Positions 10,946-20,430 of a DNA stretch of 64,000 nt are shown here, piece by piece. Each line of letters begins with the position of its first letter. Position 1 is the stretch's first letter. The DNA lies in assembly GCA_963663235.2 (NCBI GenBank), contig CAXXNO010000012.1, forward strand, positions 160,001-224,000, given 5' to 3'. The position numbers and the translations under genes are program-made. Below the pieces are notes generated by a model. The model was not told the origin of the DNA. It saw only the letters and a program-made list of their open reading frames with translations, and made no database searches. The stretch comes from Dehalococcoidia bacterium. Its GTDB lineage: Bacteria; Chloroflexota; Dehalococcoidia; Bin125.

Positions 10946-11815
10946 GTGGCGCGGGCCGACTTCCACACGCACACCACCCACTCCGACGGCATCCTGAGCC
11001 CGACGGCGCTCGTCGAGAAGGCAGCCGCCAACGGCGTCACGATCCTCTCCGTTACCGACCATGACTCCACCGACGGGATCACCGAAGCCCAGCAGGCCGG
11101 CTCTCGGCTCGGAGTGCACATCGTGCCGGGCGTGGAGTTGAGCGCCGACGCCCCCGACGGCAGCGACATCCACATGCTGGGCTACTTTCAGCGCGTCGAC
11201 GACCCGCCGCTCCAGGCGCAGTTGCGCTTGTACCGCGAGGGGCGACAGCGTCGCGGCCGGGTCCTGTTGGAGAAGTTGCAGGAGCTGGAGATGCCCCTCG
11301 ACTGGGCGCGGGTGCTCACGATTGCCGGTGAGGCAGCCGTAGGGCGCCCGCACGTCGCGCTGGCGATGGTGGAGCGCGGGTATGTCGAATCGGTGCGGGA
11401 AGCGTTCGACCGCTACCTGCACGATGGCGGCCCCGTGGCGGCCCCACGCGAGAAACTCCCGCCGGAAGGGGCGATTCAGCTGATTGGGGCGGCCGGCGGC
11501 GTCGCCGTCCTCGCGCACCCCTGCTTCTTGCCAGACCCCGAATCGACGCTGGCACTGCTCGTGTCCGCCGGCATCCAGGGGATCGAGGTGTACTACAAGG
11601 GCATCGCGCCGGAGGAGATCGCCCGCTTCGCCGAGATGGCCGCCCGCCACGGGTTGATCGCCAGCGGGGGCTCCGACTATCACGGGCTGCACGACGACGA
11701 GCGGGAGCCGGGCGACATCTCCTTCGCCGACGCAGACGTCGATCGGCTTGTAGCGGCGCTGGAGTCGCACTGGGCGGCCGCTGAGCCGCCGGCGCCGGGA
11801 AGGCGGCAGGCATGA
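10946..11815 (+). CDS. PHP domain phosphoesterase (TrpH/YciV-like)
   Basis: [32 protein letters not shown]. Confidence 0.9.
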   Translation: MARADFHTHTTHSDGILSPTALVEKAAANGVTILSVTDHDSTDGITEAQQAGSRLGVHIVPGVELSADAPDGSDIHMLGYFQRVDDPPLQAQLRLYREGRQRRGRVLLEKLQELEMPLDWARVLTIAGEAAVGRPHVALAMVERGYVESVREAFDRYLHDGGPVAAPREKLPPEGAIQLIGAAGGVAVLAHPCFLPDPESTLALLVSAGIQGIEVYYKGIAPEEIARFAEMAARHGLIASGGSDYHGLHDDEREPGDISFADADVDRLVAALESHWAAAEPPAPGRRQA

Positions 11816-12264
11816 CCGAATACGACAGCGCAGCGATCGAAGCGATCATCCCCCACCGGTACCCGTTCCTGCTGGTCGACCGCGTGCTGGAGCTCGAGGA
11901 GGGGAAGCGGGCGGTGGGGATCAAGAACGTGACGGTGAATGACTGGTTCTTTCAGGGGCACTTTCCCGGGAACCCGATCATGCCGGGCGTGCTGATCGTC
12001 GAGGCGCTGGCGCAAGTGGGGGCGGTGGCGGTGCTCAGCCTGCCGGAAAATCGAGGCAAGCTGGGGCTGTTCGCCGGCATCGACAAGGTGCGCTTTCGCC
12101 GGCAGGTGGTCCCAGGCGATCAGTTGCGGCTGGAAGTGACGCTGGAGCGGCTCAGAGGGCCCCTGGGGCGAGCGCGGGCGGTAGCGTCGGTCGCGGGAGC
12201 CGTGGCCGCGGAGGGGCTGCTGACGTTCGTTCTCGCGGACGCACCCATCGAAGGCTCAGGCTAG
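11812..12264 (+). CDS. fabZ: 3-hydroxyacyl-ACP dehydratase FabZ
   Basis: [34 protein letters not shown]. Confidence 0.96.
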   Translation: MTEYDSAAIEAIIPHRYPFLLVDRVLELEEGKRAVGIKNVTVNDWFFQGHFPGNPIMPGVLIVEALAQVGAVAVLSLPENRGKLGLFAGIDKVRFRRQVVPGDQLRLEVTLERLRGPLGRARAVASVAGAVAAEGLLTFVLADAPIEGSG

Positions 12265-12271
12265 ACGCGGG

Positions 12272-12655
12272 TCACAGTCGCAGCGCCGCCCAGAAGATCA
12301 AGACGAGGGCCAGGCTGGCCGCGGTCGTCGTGGCGATCCAGCGGAGGTCATGGCGGACGTAGCGGAAATCCCGTGGAGCGAAACCCCGCCGTAACGGACG
12401 CTCCTCGCGCGGTCGTGGACCACCACGGGGGCCCCCGACCTTTTGTGGGCGCGCGACACCGCGGAGCGCGGGAGTCGGCGCGGCCGCAGGCCCACCGAAG
12501 ATGGAGCTGCTGAGCGGAGCGTCGGCCGCGCCGGGCATGGCGGTCGGCGCTTCCCGCTCACGGGGAGCGGTGCCTTTTTTGCGCGCACGCCGGCCGGGAA
12601 GCGTGCCGCTTTTGCTCCCCGATTGACCTCGGACGCCGCCTTTTCGTTTGGCCAC
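12272..12655 (-). CDS. Hypothetical basic protein with C-terminal TM helix
   Basis: GTG start with AAGGGAAG upstream; Arg/Lys-rich N-terminus, YVRHDLRWI followed by hydrophobic helix. Confidence 0.6.
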   Translation of the reverse strand: MAKRKGGVRGQSGSKSGTLPGRRARKKGTAPREREAPTAMPGAADAPLSSSIFGGPAAAPTPALRGVARPQKVGGPRGGPRPREERPLRRGFAPRDFRYVRHDLRWIATTTAASLALVLIFWAALRL

Positions 12656-12752
12656 TGTCCCGCTTCCCTTTAGGGAGTATACGCAGCGGGGAAAGCGCGA
12701 GCCACAGCGCTTGCTTGCCGCTGATCGCGGCGCTCCGTACACTCGAATACAC

Positions 12753-12829
12753 GGCCCCGTGGTGTAGCGGCCAAACACGCCACCCTGTCAAGGTGGAGAT
12801 CGGCGGTTCGAATCCGCTCGGGGTCGCCA
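12753..12829 (+). tRNA. tRNA-Asp (GTC)
   Basis: Cloverleaf: acceptor GGCCCCG/CGGGGTC, anticodon arm CCACC-CT GTC AA-GGTGG, T-loop TTCGAAT, encoded CCA; TACACT -10 upstream. Confidence 0.96.
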
Positions 12830-12906
12830 TAACGCACTGACGCCTCACTGGCACGAGCGGGGGGCGATGCGCTTGAAGCGTTCTACAAATCGGGGGCAGG
12901 TCGCGC

Positions 12907-13962
12907 ATGGCAGCAGTTGGACCTGAAACGGGCGCAGGATCTTACCGCGAACTCAAGCGGATCGTCACCGAAGCGGGGTTGCTGGAACGGCAACCTCGCT
13001 TTTACGCGTACAAGATCAGCACAGCCATGATGCTCATCGGAGGGGCGATCGCGTTGGTGGTGGTGATCGGGGAATCGTGGTGGCAGTTGGGCGGGGCCGC
13101 CGTGCTGGCGCTGACCACGATGCAAGCCGCGCTGTTTGGCCACGACGGGGCACACCGCCAGATCTTCCGTTCACTCCGCAAGAACGACATGGTGCCCCTT
13201 TTGCTCACCAGCCCGGTGATGGGGTTCAATCTGAGTTGGTGGATGGACGAGCACAACCTGCACCACGGGCTGCCGAACCACCAAACGCGCGACCCCAACA
13301 TCGACATGCCGTTCTGGGCGTTCACGGATCAACAGTACCAGCGGCGATATGGCGTCTTCCGCTGGATGGTGAAGTACCAAGCGATGTTTGTCATCCCGAT
13401 TAACGCGGTGGGCGCCTTCTCCAAAGTCGTGGAGAGCGGCCGCTTCATCAAGAACCGCAAGTTACGCTATCGGCGAGTCGAGCCGTTGGTCTATTTGCTG
13501 TATTGGGCGTGGCTCCTGTCATTGGCCTTCATTGTGATGAGTCCGTATCAGGCGGTTGCGTTCCTGGCGGTGTACTACGCCGTCCTGGGATTGTCGTTGG
13601 GCGCGCTGATCGCGCCGAACCACAAGGGGATGGTGATGGTCGGGGACGACCATGGCCTCGACTTCCTGCGCTGGCAGGTGTTGACGAGCCGCAACGTGCG
13701 CGGCGGCCGGCTCACGGATTTCTTCTACGGCGGGCTCAACTACCAGATTGAGCATCACCTGTTTCCGACGATGCCGCGCAACCGCCTGTCCGAGGCCGTC
13801 AAGATCGTGCAGCCGTACTGCGAAAAGCACGGCATCTCGTATCACACGACGGGGATGGCCGAGGGCTTCTGGGAGATCCTGCGCGAGATGCACCGGCTGA
13901 GTGCTCCGGCGCGGGCAGGGACCGGCGGCGGCGGTGATGTCGATCGGATGCGCGCAGCCTAG
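12907..13962 (+). CDS. Membrane-bound fatty acid (acyl-CoA) desaturase
   Basis: Histidine boxes HDGAH, HNLHH, QIEHHLFP. Confidence 0.92.
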   Translation: MAAVGPETGAGSYRELKRIVTEAGLLERQPRFYAYKISTAMMLIGGAIALVVVIGESWWQLGGAAVLALTTMQAALFGHDGAHRQIFRSLRKNDMVPLLLTSPVMGFNLSWWMDEHNLHHGLPNHQTRDPNIDMPFWAFTDQQYQRRYGVFRWMVKYQAMFVIPINAVGAFSKVVESGRFIKNRKLRYRRVEPLVYLLYWAWLLSLAFIVMSPYQAVAFLAVYYAVLGLSLGALIAPNHKGMVMVGDDHGLDFLRWQVLTSRNVRGGRLTDFFYGGLNYQIEHHLFPTMPRNRLSEAVKIVQPYCEKHGISYHTTGMAEGFWEILREMHRLSAPARAGTGGGGDVDRMRAA

Positions 13963-14621
13963 TCCGCCGACGCGACGTAGCGCTTCGAAAGAGGCGCGCG
14001 GTATCGACTACGCGGATCCGCGTTAGGTTCTGTCAGATCTCAGAGCACCGGGACGACTTCGATCTCGCCAGCGTCCCCGAGCGCCAGAGCGGCGGCGGCG
14101 GCGAACGATGCCCGCGCGGGATAGTGGTCCGACAGGCAAGGGGCGCTCTGGCCGATTCTCAGGCCGTAGGCGGGGAATTCGGCGGGTGCGCCCGTCTCGC
14201 GGCCACCTCGACGGAACGGTACCAGCACATGGGGCCCCTCATCACTCGGATGGCATTCGGTGATCTAGTATCCTTTCGAGACAGCAGCGCTTCCTACAAG
14301 CGATCCAGTTCGCCCGATGTGCGGCAGGCCGTGAGCGATGGCCGAGGGCACAAGCCCCCTTGCGATCCAGGATCTCTACTGGCAGCCGGATGTGCCACCG
14401 AACGACCTGCCCTCGGACGTGGTGGAACGAATCGAGAAACGCCTCGGCTCTGCTAGGTCTAGGCACGGATAGGGTTTTGGGCCGGTACACCGTTCGAAGC
14501 CACCTAAGTCGAGTCCTAGGCGAGACCAGTAGTCCCGCCGGTCTGCGAGTCCTGGGTCTAGCTAACGCGTTGGAGGATGCGAACCGACTCCTATCCGAGC
14601 TGAAAGCGTAGGGACAGTTCC

Positions 14622-15407
14622 ATGAATGAACGCGATGATGGATCGCTGGCACCTGAGGACGTAGTACAGCGCTTGCAAGACTCTGAGGAGGCTTTGCGAC
14701 GACTACGGGAGCGTCTCCAGAACATCACCGATGTCGCCGAGCGAGCGGCTCAAGCGTCGCGCGCGCTCGATCAGGTTGCCTCGTCGGTGCGCGAGTACTC
14801 GGCGCCTGTGCAGGAGGCCGATCGAGAGATCTCAGACACTCAGCGGCTCGCGCAGGAGGCACTAAGCGGTGCCGTTGAATACGTCGACGGAACTCGATTG
14901 CGAAGGATTGAGTCTCTGCTCACCGCTGGTAAGCGAGAGCAAGGAGAGCAGACGAAGCAGCTGAGCGACGAGATCTCAACCGCGAGATCTGCGATCGCAG
15001 CGCTTCAAGCGCAACAAAATGAGCACGCTACAGAGGTGGCGAAGGGATTCAGTGAGATCTCAGCCGCGAAGTCTGCGATCGCAGCGCTTCAAGCGCAACA
15101 AAATGAGCACGCTACAGAGATGGCGAAGGGATTCAGTGAGATCTCAGTCGCGAGATCTGCGATCGCAGCGCTTCAAGCGCAACAAAATGAGCACGCTACA
15201 GAGATGGCGAAGGGATTCAGTGAGATCTCAGTCGCGAGATCTGCGATCGCAGCGCTTCAAGCGCATCAAGATGAACACGCTACAAAGATGGCGGAGGGAT
15301 TCAGTTGGATCGCCAATGCCCAGCAGGAACTCATGGCGAAGCTTGCAGATCAAGGCGAAACTCTTAGCGCCCTTGCGAACCGCCGTCGGAGGTTTCTGAT
15401 CTTCTGA
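14622..15407 (+). CDS. Hypothetical coiled-coil protein with four 28-aa tandem repeats
   Basis: Open 261-aa frame, heptad-like composition, ends RRRRFLIF; codon usage less GC3-biased than flanking genes. Confidence 0.7.
   Translation: MNERDDGSLAPEDVVQRLQDSEEALRRLRERLQNITDVAERAAQASRALDQVASSVREYSAPVQEADREISDTQRLAQEALSGAVEYVDGTRLRRIESLLTAGKREQGEQTKQLSDEISTARSAIAALQAQQNEHATEVAKGFSEISAAKSAIAALQAQQNEHATEMAKGFSEISVARSAIAALQAQQNEHATEMAKGFSEISVARSAIAALQAHQDEHATKMAEGFSWIANAQQELMAKLADQGETLSALANRRRRFLIF
14970..15305 (+). repeat. Four 84-nt tandem repeats
   Basis: GAGATCTCA recurs at 14970, 15054, 15138, 15222; encodes EISxARSAIAALQAQQNEHATEMAKGFS. Confidence 0.93.
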
Positions 15408-15600
15408 AGCAGATCCGACCGTGCGGTGCGCGAACTCAGTGGTGCACTCCTCCGCGGCATACGTGTAGAAGGGGAGCCCGAGGTCCACGCGCTCATAGGG
15501 GCCCTGGATCATCCAGGCACCCCCCGACCGCCACGCCTGGACCAGATCCCCGCCGGCATGGGCGCAGTGGATGACGTAGGGCGGGCAGAAGCACTCGCGA

Positions 15601-16725
15601 CTAGCTCACGGCAAAACGCGCGGGATCGAACGGGGCGAGGTCGACGCAGTCGGTGCGGCCCTCGACGATGAGATCCGCCATCGCCTTGCCGGACGCGGTC
15701 GAGAGAAGAATGCCTTTGCGCCCGTGTCCGGTGGCGACATACGCCCCGTCCACACCCGGCACGGCTCCCATGATCGGCAGATCGTCGGGGGACAGCGGCC
15801 GCAAGCAGGCCGTTTGCTCGATCACTTCGGCGGCCTCCAGGATCGAGGAAAACCGTGCGCCGATCGCCAGAATGCGGTCGCGCGCTTCGAGAGTGGGGGC
15901 CGGGTCGAAACCGACGCGTTCCATCGTCGTCCCCAGATAGACCAGGCCCGACCGCTTGGGGAGCACGTAGTCATCGTGCTGGTCCGTGAAGCCGATCAGC
16001 GGCAACGGCTTCGCGGGGCGCAGGCGCACGATCTGTCCTTTGAGCGGTTCGACGGGAAGGGGACAGCCAAGCCAGGAGCCCGCGTCGGCGGACCAAGGCC
16101 CCATCGCCACGATGACACTGTCGGTCGCGATGAGGCGGTCGCCGATCCTCACGCCTGTCGCCCGGCCAGCATCGACTTCGATACGCGAGACGCGCCCGTT
16201 GCGTACCCTCGCGCCCATGCGCTCGGCCGCGGTGATGAGCGCGAGCGTGTACTTGTAGGCGTCCAGCTGGGCGGACGGCTCCCCCTCCAGCGCGCCCAGC
16301 AGCGGTCTATCGAGCCAGGGGCAGCGCTCCCGCACTTCCCGCGGAGAGAGCCAGCGTCCCGGCAGGCCAGCGGCACGCATCACGTCCGCTTCCCGACGCA
16401 GCCCCACCGCCTCCCCTTCGGTTTCGGCCAGCGAGAGGCGCGGCGAAGGAGCGTATTCGTACTCCACACCAGACTCCCCCGGCAGCGTCTCCGCCAACGT
16501 GGCGTGCATATCGAAGCTGGTACGGATGAGCTCCGCCATCGATCCGCGCGACTGCTGGAGGTTCGGCGGCGAGAGCAGGCCGGCCGCCGCCCCGCTCGCC
16601 CCCGACGCCACGCCGTCCGCTTCGACGATGACGGCGGCAACGCCGCGCTTGCCAAGGTAGTAGGCGATGGCCGCGCCGATGACGCCGCCACCGCAAATCA
16701 CGACATCCGCCCCGTTGCTGGTCAT
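15601..16725 (-). CDS. FAD-dependent oxidoreductase, glycine oxidase ThiO/DAO family
   Basis: VVICGGGVIG, ASGAAAG, PLKGQ, LRPLSPD, ATGHGRKGILLS. Confidence 0.88.
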   Translation of the reverse strand: MTSNGADVVICGGGVIGAAIAYYLGKRGVAAVIVEADGVASGASGAAAGLLSPPNLQQSRGSMAELIRTSFDMHATLAETLPGESGVEYEYAPSPRLSLAETEGEAVGLRREADVMRAAGLPGRWLSPREVRERCPWLDRPLLGALEGEPSAQLDAYKYTLALITAAERMGARVRNGRVSRIEVDAGRATGVRIGDRLIATDSVIVAMGPWSADAGSWLGCPLPVEPLKGQIVRLRPAKPLPLIGFTDQHDDYVLPKRSGLVYLGTTMERVGFDPAPTLEARDRILAIGARFSSILEAAEVIEQTACLRPLSPDDLPIMGAVPGVDGAYVATGHGRKGILLSTASGKAMADLIVEGRTDCVDLAPFDPARFAVS

Positions 16726-17509
16726 CGCTTTGGTCGTCCACAGTGCCTCAGCGTGTACGGTGTCACGATTCTATCAGCGCGGCTGAAATCCGCAGATCGC
16801 GCGCCTCGAGTCCGGCTGTGGGACGCCAAGGACCCCAGCCGACCCGGTTCAGAGGCGCAACCCCCAACCGGCATGCCCCGCCCAGCGGTCACCGGGCGCG
16901 CGGATGGGACGGTCGTGCGCCACAGGCCGCGCGCCCCCCAGGTCTCGGCCTTCCAGCACCATGACGGGGCCCGGAGGCGCCCCTCAGCGGCCCCTGGTGG
17001 GGACGGAGCGGGCTGTGGGCTGCAAGTCGGTGTCGCGAGTCGTGCGAAGAGGGAGCCACTCAAGTGGGGGAGGCAAGCCGCGAGGGCGTTCCATCGCCCG
17101 GCGGCCGGGGCGGACTAGGAGGGCGCGTGCTGCGTCGGCTGTGACGGGCAGAGCGGTCGGTCCAGCCACTCAGATGTCCTCGGGTCCCGGTACGGGTGGT
17201 CATCGAGTGGCTGGGCGCACTGCTTGCACAGCCCGGTGACGCCGCGTGGCCCTCTCTTCAGGTCGTGAACGAACTCGTCTCCAGCGCTCACTGGTTGCGC
17301 CTCCTCCGGCCCTCTCACTAAACAGGCCGCGGAACGCTCGCGTTGTGACGCCGGCGGTGGCGCTGCGTGCGACGCTCCACGCCGCCCGCCGACGGCCGGA
17401 CGGATGGCGCCGCATCCTGCGGGGTGAAGGCGAGGCGCGGGACGATCACCCGGCGCTTGGCGACCTCCCTCGGGCCGCCTAGCATCAAGGCCATCGGAGC
17501 GGGGAGCGC

Positions 17510-18547
17510 ATGCTGATCGACATCCATCATCACTACATCCCTCAGCGCTTCATCGACCTGGTGCGGCGCGAAGGCGAGCGCTATCAAGCCGTGCTCTACC
17601 GCGACGATGCGACGGGGCTCGAGGGGCTGGTCCCGGGAGCCGCGGTCCCGCCCGCAAAGGACGATCCGGCCCGGTCGATCTTCACGATGGAGCGGGGCAT
17701 CTACGACCTCTCCGTCCGGCTGGAAGAGATGGCAGAGATGGGCCTGGACATGGCCGCGCTCTCCATCTCACCGCTGCTCTACTACTACTTCGCCGAACCG
17801 GCCCTGGGGATCGAGGTATCGCGCCTGTTCAACGACGCGATCCATGAAGTGGCCACGGCCCACCCCGACCGCTTCATTCCCATGGGGACGGTGCCCATGC
17901 AGGACGTCGAGGCCGCGATCGCCGAGCTGGAGCGGACGGTGAAGGCCTACGGCTTCACCGCCGTGGAGATCGGGGGCAGCGTCAACGGCCGGCACTACGA
18001 CGAACCGGAGTTCGACGCGTTCTTCGCGCGGGCGGCGGAGCTGGACCTGCTGGTCTTCATCCACCCAGGCGTCTCACCGGCGCCAGAGCGGCTGAAGCGG
18101 TACCACACGGGGAACATCATCGGCTTTCCGGTGGAGTCGGGCATCTGCGCGGCGTCGCTGATCTTCGGCGGCACGCTAGCCCGATATCCCAACCTCAAGA
18201 TCTGCTTCGCGCACGGCGGCGGCATCGTGCCCGGCCTGATCGGCCGCTGGGATCACGGCTGGGAGGTGCGGGCGGAGGCGAAGCTCAACATCGACCGGCC
18301 GCCAAGCCGTTACCTGCGGCAGCTGTACTTCGACGACCTGGTGCACAGCGACGCCGTCTTGCGCGCGCTTCTGGATATCGCATCGGCGGAGCACGTAGTG
18401 GTCGGGACGGACTATCCCTACGACATGGGGGAGCGACAGCCCGGCGCCGTGCTGGACCGGCAGGCCCTCACCCCGGAGCAGCGCCGGGCAATTGAGAGTG
18501 AGACGGCGGCCCGGCTCCTGCGGGTGGGGGATCGGGCGCGAGGATGA
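17510..18547 (+). CDS. Amidohydrolase_2 family protein (ACMSD-like decarboxylase/hydratase)
   Basis: IDIHHH, FIHP, AHGGG, GTDYPYDM. Confidence 0.88.
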   Translation: MLIDIHHHYIPQRFIDLVRREGERYQAVLYRDDATGLEGLVPGAAVPPAKDDPARSIFTMERGIYDLSVRLEEMAEMGLDMAALSISPLLYYYFAEPALGIEVSRLFNDAIHEVATAHPDRFIPMGTVPMQDVEAAIAELERTVKAYGFTAVEIGGSVNGRHYDEPEFDAFFARAAELDLLVFIHPGVSPAPERLKRYHTGNIIGFPVESGICAASLIFGGTLARYPNLKICFAHGGGIVPGLIGRWDHGWEVRAEAKLNIDRPPSRYLRQLYFDDLVHSDAVLRALLDIASAEHVVVGTDYPYDMGERQPGAVLDRQALTPEQRRAIESETAARLLRVGDRARG

Positions 18548-18638
18548 GGCCGCCCAGCGGCGGGGGCGCCCACGAAGCGGGGGAGTGCGCGATACTCGGC
18601 AGGGCGTGCCGTCGCGAACACAAGGAAGGACGCCGCTC

Positions 18639-19880
18639 ATGGTCAAGGTGATCCTCCAGCTCTATCCGATGATCCGCTCCGAGAGCGAAGAGGAGCGGAT
18701 CGCGCTGCGACCGATCGGGCGGAACGTCGAGCGGTATCACGAGGCGCTGCAGGGGACGTTCGAACTGGCGCGGGCGGCGGACGCGTTGGGCGTGTGGGGG
18801 ATTGCGTGCATCGAGCATCATTTCCACTCGGAAGGCTACGAGGTGGGGCCGAGTCCCGGCGTACTCAACGCCTATTGGCTCGCGATCACCAAGAACATCC
18901 GCGTGGGGCAGCTGGGCTACGTGATGAGCACGCAGGACCCGATCCGAATCGCCGAGGAGACGGCGATCCTGGACCACATGGCCAAAGGGCGGTTCTTCGT
19001 GGGGTTCGCGCGGGGCTATCAAGACCGCTGGACGAACGTGATCGGCCAGCACCTGGGCGCGCGCGCGACGCACTCGGACGGAAGCGCCGACGACCAAGTC
19101 AACCGCGACATCTACCAGGAGCAGATCGAGATGGTGCTGGATGCCTGGACCAAGGAGAGCATCGAGCACAACACGCCGCTCTGGCAGATCCCCTACCCCT
19201 ACGAGGCAGGGATCGACTGGTGGATGGCGCCGAGCACGCAACGGCTCGGGGCCCCGGGGGAGATCGGCCCGGACGGGCGGGTGCACCGAGTCTCCGTGGT
19301 GCCCGCGCCCTACACCCAGCCCCACCCGCCCGTCTTCGTGCCCAGCTCCGGGAGCCCGGCGTCCGTCGAGTACTGCGGGCGCAAGGGGTTCGTCTGCATC
19401 CACGTCGTCGCGGGCGAGCGCGCGCGGGAGCAGGCGCCCCGCTACGTCGCCGCCGCCAAGGAGGCGGGGCGGGACTACGTTCTGGGCCAGCACCAGGGGA
19501 CCCAGCGCTACTTGCAGATCGCCAAGACGCGGGAAGAGGCGCGGCGGGCCCTGGCACAGTACGACAGCGACATCTACAAGAACTTCTGGAACCTGCTGTA
19601 CGAACGGGTCGTGAACAAAGAGGTGACCCTGCCGGCCGATCCCACAGTGGAGCAGATCGTGGACGAGATCGAGCGGGCCGACGCGTTCGTCTCCGGATCG
19701 GTCGAGGAAGTGCGGGACCAACTGGTCGCGGAATGGAAAGAGGTCCCGTACGAGTACATCGTGGTGACCTGGCACTACGCCCAGCAACCGCTGGACAGCA
19801 CCATCCGCAACCTCGAGATCTTCATGAAAGAGATCAAGCCGGCGCTGGACGAGCTGACCCCCTACGAGAACGACACCTAG
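18639..19880 (+). CDS. LLM-class (luciferase-like) flavin-dependent oxidoreductase
   Basis: [36 protein letters not shown]. Confidence 0.88.
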   Translation: MVKVILQLYPMIRSESEEERIALRPIGRNVERYHEALQGTFELARAADALGVWGIACIEHHFHSEGYEVGPSPGVLNAYWLAITKNIRVGQLGYVMSTQDPIRIAEETAILDHMAKGRFFVGFARGYQDRWTNVIGQHLGARATHSDGSADDQVNRDIYQEQIEMVLDAWTKESIEHNTPLWQIPYPYEAGIDWWMAPSTQRLGAPGEIGPDGRVHRVSVVPAPYTQPHPPVFVPSSGSPASVEYCGRKGFVCIHVVAGERAREQAPRYVAAAKEAGRDYVLGQHQGTQRYLQIAKTREEARRALAQYDSDIYKNFWNLLYERVVNKEVTLPADPTVEQIVDEIERADAFVSGSVEEVRDQLVAEWKEVPYEYIVVTWHYAQQPLDSTIRNLEIFMKEIKPALDELTPYENDT

Positions 19881-19953
19881 GCTTGCAGGTGGAGCGCCAC
19901 CCAGTGAGGCGGTCGCGCTTGCGGCCCCCCACTGCACCGGGCGGAGAGCAGCG

Positions 19954-20430
19954 ATGAGCGAAACCGTTCCGATCTCGATCACAGTCAACGGCACATCCCG
20001 AGAGGCGGAGGTGGACGCGCGCCTTCTGCTCGTGCACTTCTTGCGCGAGGACCTGGGGCTCACCGGGACGCACATCGGGTGCGACACCAGCCAGTGCGGC
20101 GCCTGCACCGTGCTGATCGACGGCCGAAGCGCGAAATCCTGCACCGTGTTCGCGGTGCAAGCGGAGGGCTCCGAGATCACGACGATCGAAGGCATCGGCG
20201 ACGACGAGGCGCTCCATCCCGTCCAGGAGGGCTTCTGGGCGGAGCACGGGCTGCAATGCGGCTTCTGCACGCCGGGGATGATCTTGGCCGCCGTGAACTT
20301 CCTGGAACGCAACCCCACCCCCAGCGAGGCGCAGATCCGTCGCGCGCTGGACGGGAACCTGTGCCGCTGCACGGGCTATCAGCACATCGTCAACGCCATC
20401 CAGTACGCCGCAAAGCGAATGGCCGAGTGA
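19954..20430 (+). CDS. CoxS-like 2x[2Fe-2S] subunit of molybdenum hydroxylase
   Basis: [28 protein letters not shown]. Confidence 0.93.
   Translation: MSETVPISITVNGTSREAEVDARLLLVHFLREDLGLTGTHIGCDTSQCGACTVLIDGRSAKSCTVFAVQAEGSEITTIEGIGDDEALHPVQEGFWAEHGLQCGFCTPGMILAAVNFLERNPTPSEAQIRRALDGNLCRCTGYQHIVNAIQYAAKRMAE

Noticed and set aside
14970-15305. CRISPR array
   Set aside because: Contiguous 84-nt in-frame tandem repeats without unique spacers; no cas genes.
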